A stretch of DNA of 64,000 bases from Epiperipatus broadwayi. Lineage: Eukaryota; Animalia; Onychophora. The stretch covers positions 24,180,001-24,244,000 of the forward strand of contig JAQFVV010000003.1 of the NCBI GenBank assembly GCA_028023455.1, given 5' to 3'. The position numbers and the translations under genes are program-made. Under the pieces are notes generated by a model. The model searched no databases. It was not told the DNA's origin and saw only the letters and a list, made by a program, of their open reading frames with translations. Shown here one piece after another: positions 63,341 to 64,000 of the stretch; the first letter of the stretch is position 1, and each line of letters opens with the position of its first letter.

Positions 63341-63858
63341 GCAATAGAATTAAAAAAAGAACAAAAATTGGCATTCCTAATTGTTTTTGTAATTCGATTA
63401 TCTCATAAAAAAATCGAAATATCCACTTAAAGAAAACTCACAAACAAAAGAAAATACTTTATATATATATATAATCATGACAAACATACAAAGAATTACA
63501 CTAACATTGTGGAACAGAGATAAAAACCAGTGGCTTGAAAAAGAAAAAGTTCCACAAATTTTTATGAAGTATGCTTTCCGTTAGCTATTGTTAAGATAAC
63601 TCCAAATAGACAATAAAATGAAATATAAAATAAATAAATACATAAACAATGTTAGGGATTGTAGAATATTTATACATACCAGAGATGTCAAATAAATTGA
63701 GAAAAATATTTTTGCAATCAATATAATATCTAAACAGCTTTTTCAAAGCCATGATATATTAAAAGAATTTTTAATGTGTATAAAACTTAAATTTGAAATA
63801 CTGAAAAGCAAGGACTGTATCTATGAAATTTCTATAGATGTGAAAGAATATAGATTGG

Positions 63859-63945
63859 TAAATCTAATTGAAATCATTTTTAGATTGATAAAAGAAAAAA
63901 ATAAATCTGATTGAAATTATTTTTAGATTGATAAAAGAAAAAAAT
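63859..63945 (+). repeat. 43 bp tandem duplication
   Basis: taaatct(a/g)attgaaat(c/t)atttttagattgataaaagaaaaaaa x2. Confidence 0.9.
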
Positions 63946-64000
63946 ATTGATGTATCTAAATTAATGAACCATACATATATCATTGAATATAAGTTTGCTT

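Noticed and set aside
1-64000. CRISPR arrays, rRNA, intact tRNA genes, prokaryotic operons
   Set aside because: None seen. There is no regularly spaced repeat-spacer array, and the architecture is that of a spliced eukaryotic gene.

Overview
Very AT-rich, CpG-depleted eukaryotic genomic DNA, most likely from an invertebrate animal. The only host-gene coding sequence I can support is two + strand exons (13539-13656 and 49455-49624). They splice in phase across a 35.8 kb intron to encode the first Ig domain of peroxidasin, so the whole window is probably inside that gene. The rest is intron filled with decayed mobile elements. These include RTE-clade LINEs of at least two families (one near-full-length copy at 25770-28459) and a 185 bp SPIN-like hAT MITE with a perfect 8 bp TSD. 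The dominant feature is a set of Penelope-like element (PLE) derivatives. I find a decayed PLE reverse transcriptase (62.4-63.3 kb), a GIY-YIG endonuclease C-terminus (4.9-5.2 kb), and many head-to-head fold-back insertions, several with 13-20 bp TSDs. These fold-backs carry minimal type I hammerhead-ribozyme (HHR) motifs: CUGAUGA...GAAA with a palindromic helix III. Four HHRs with intact cores lie on the host gene's sense strand, and about 15 degenerate copies are scattered through the window. PLE-associated HHRs are a known class. The families, their density, their intronic sense orientation and the SPIN-like MITE are what deserve follow-up. All comparisons to known elements are from memory and by eye; none was computed.
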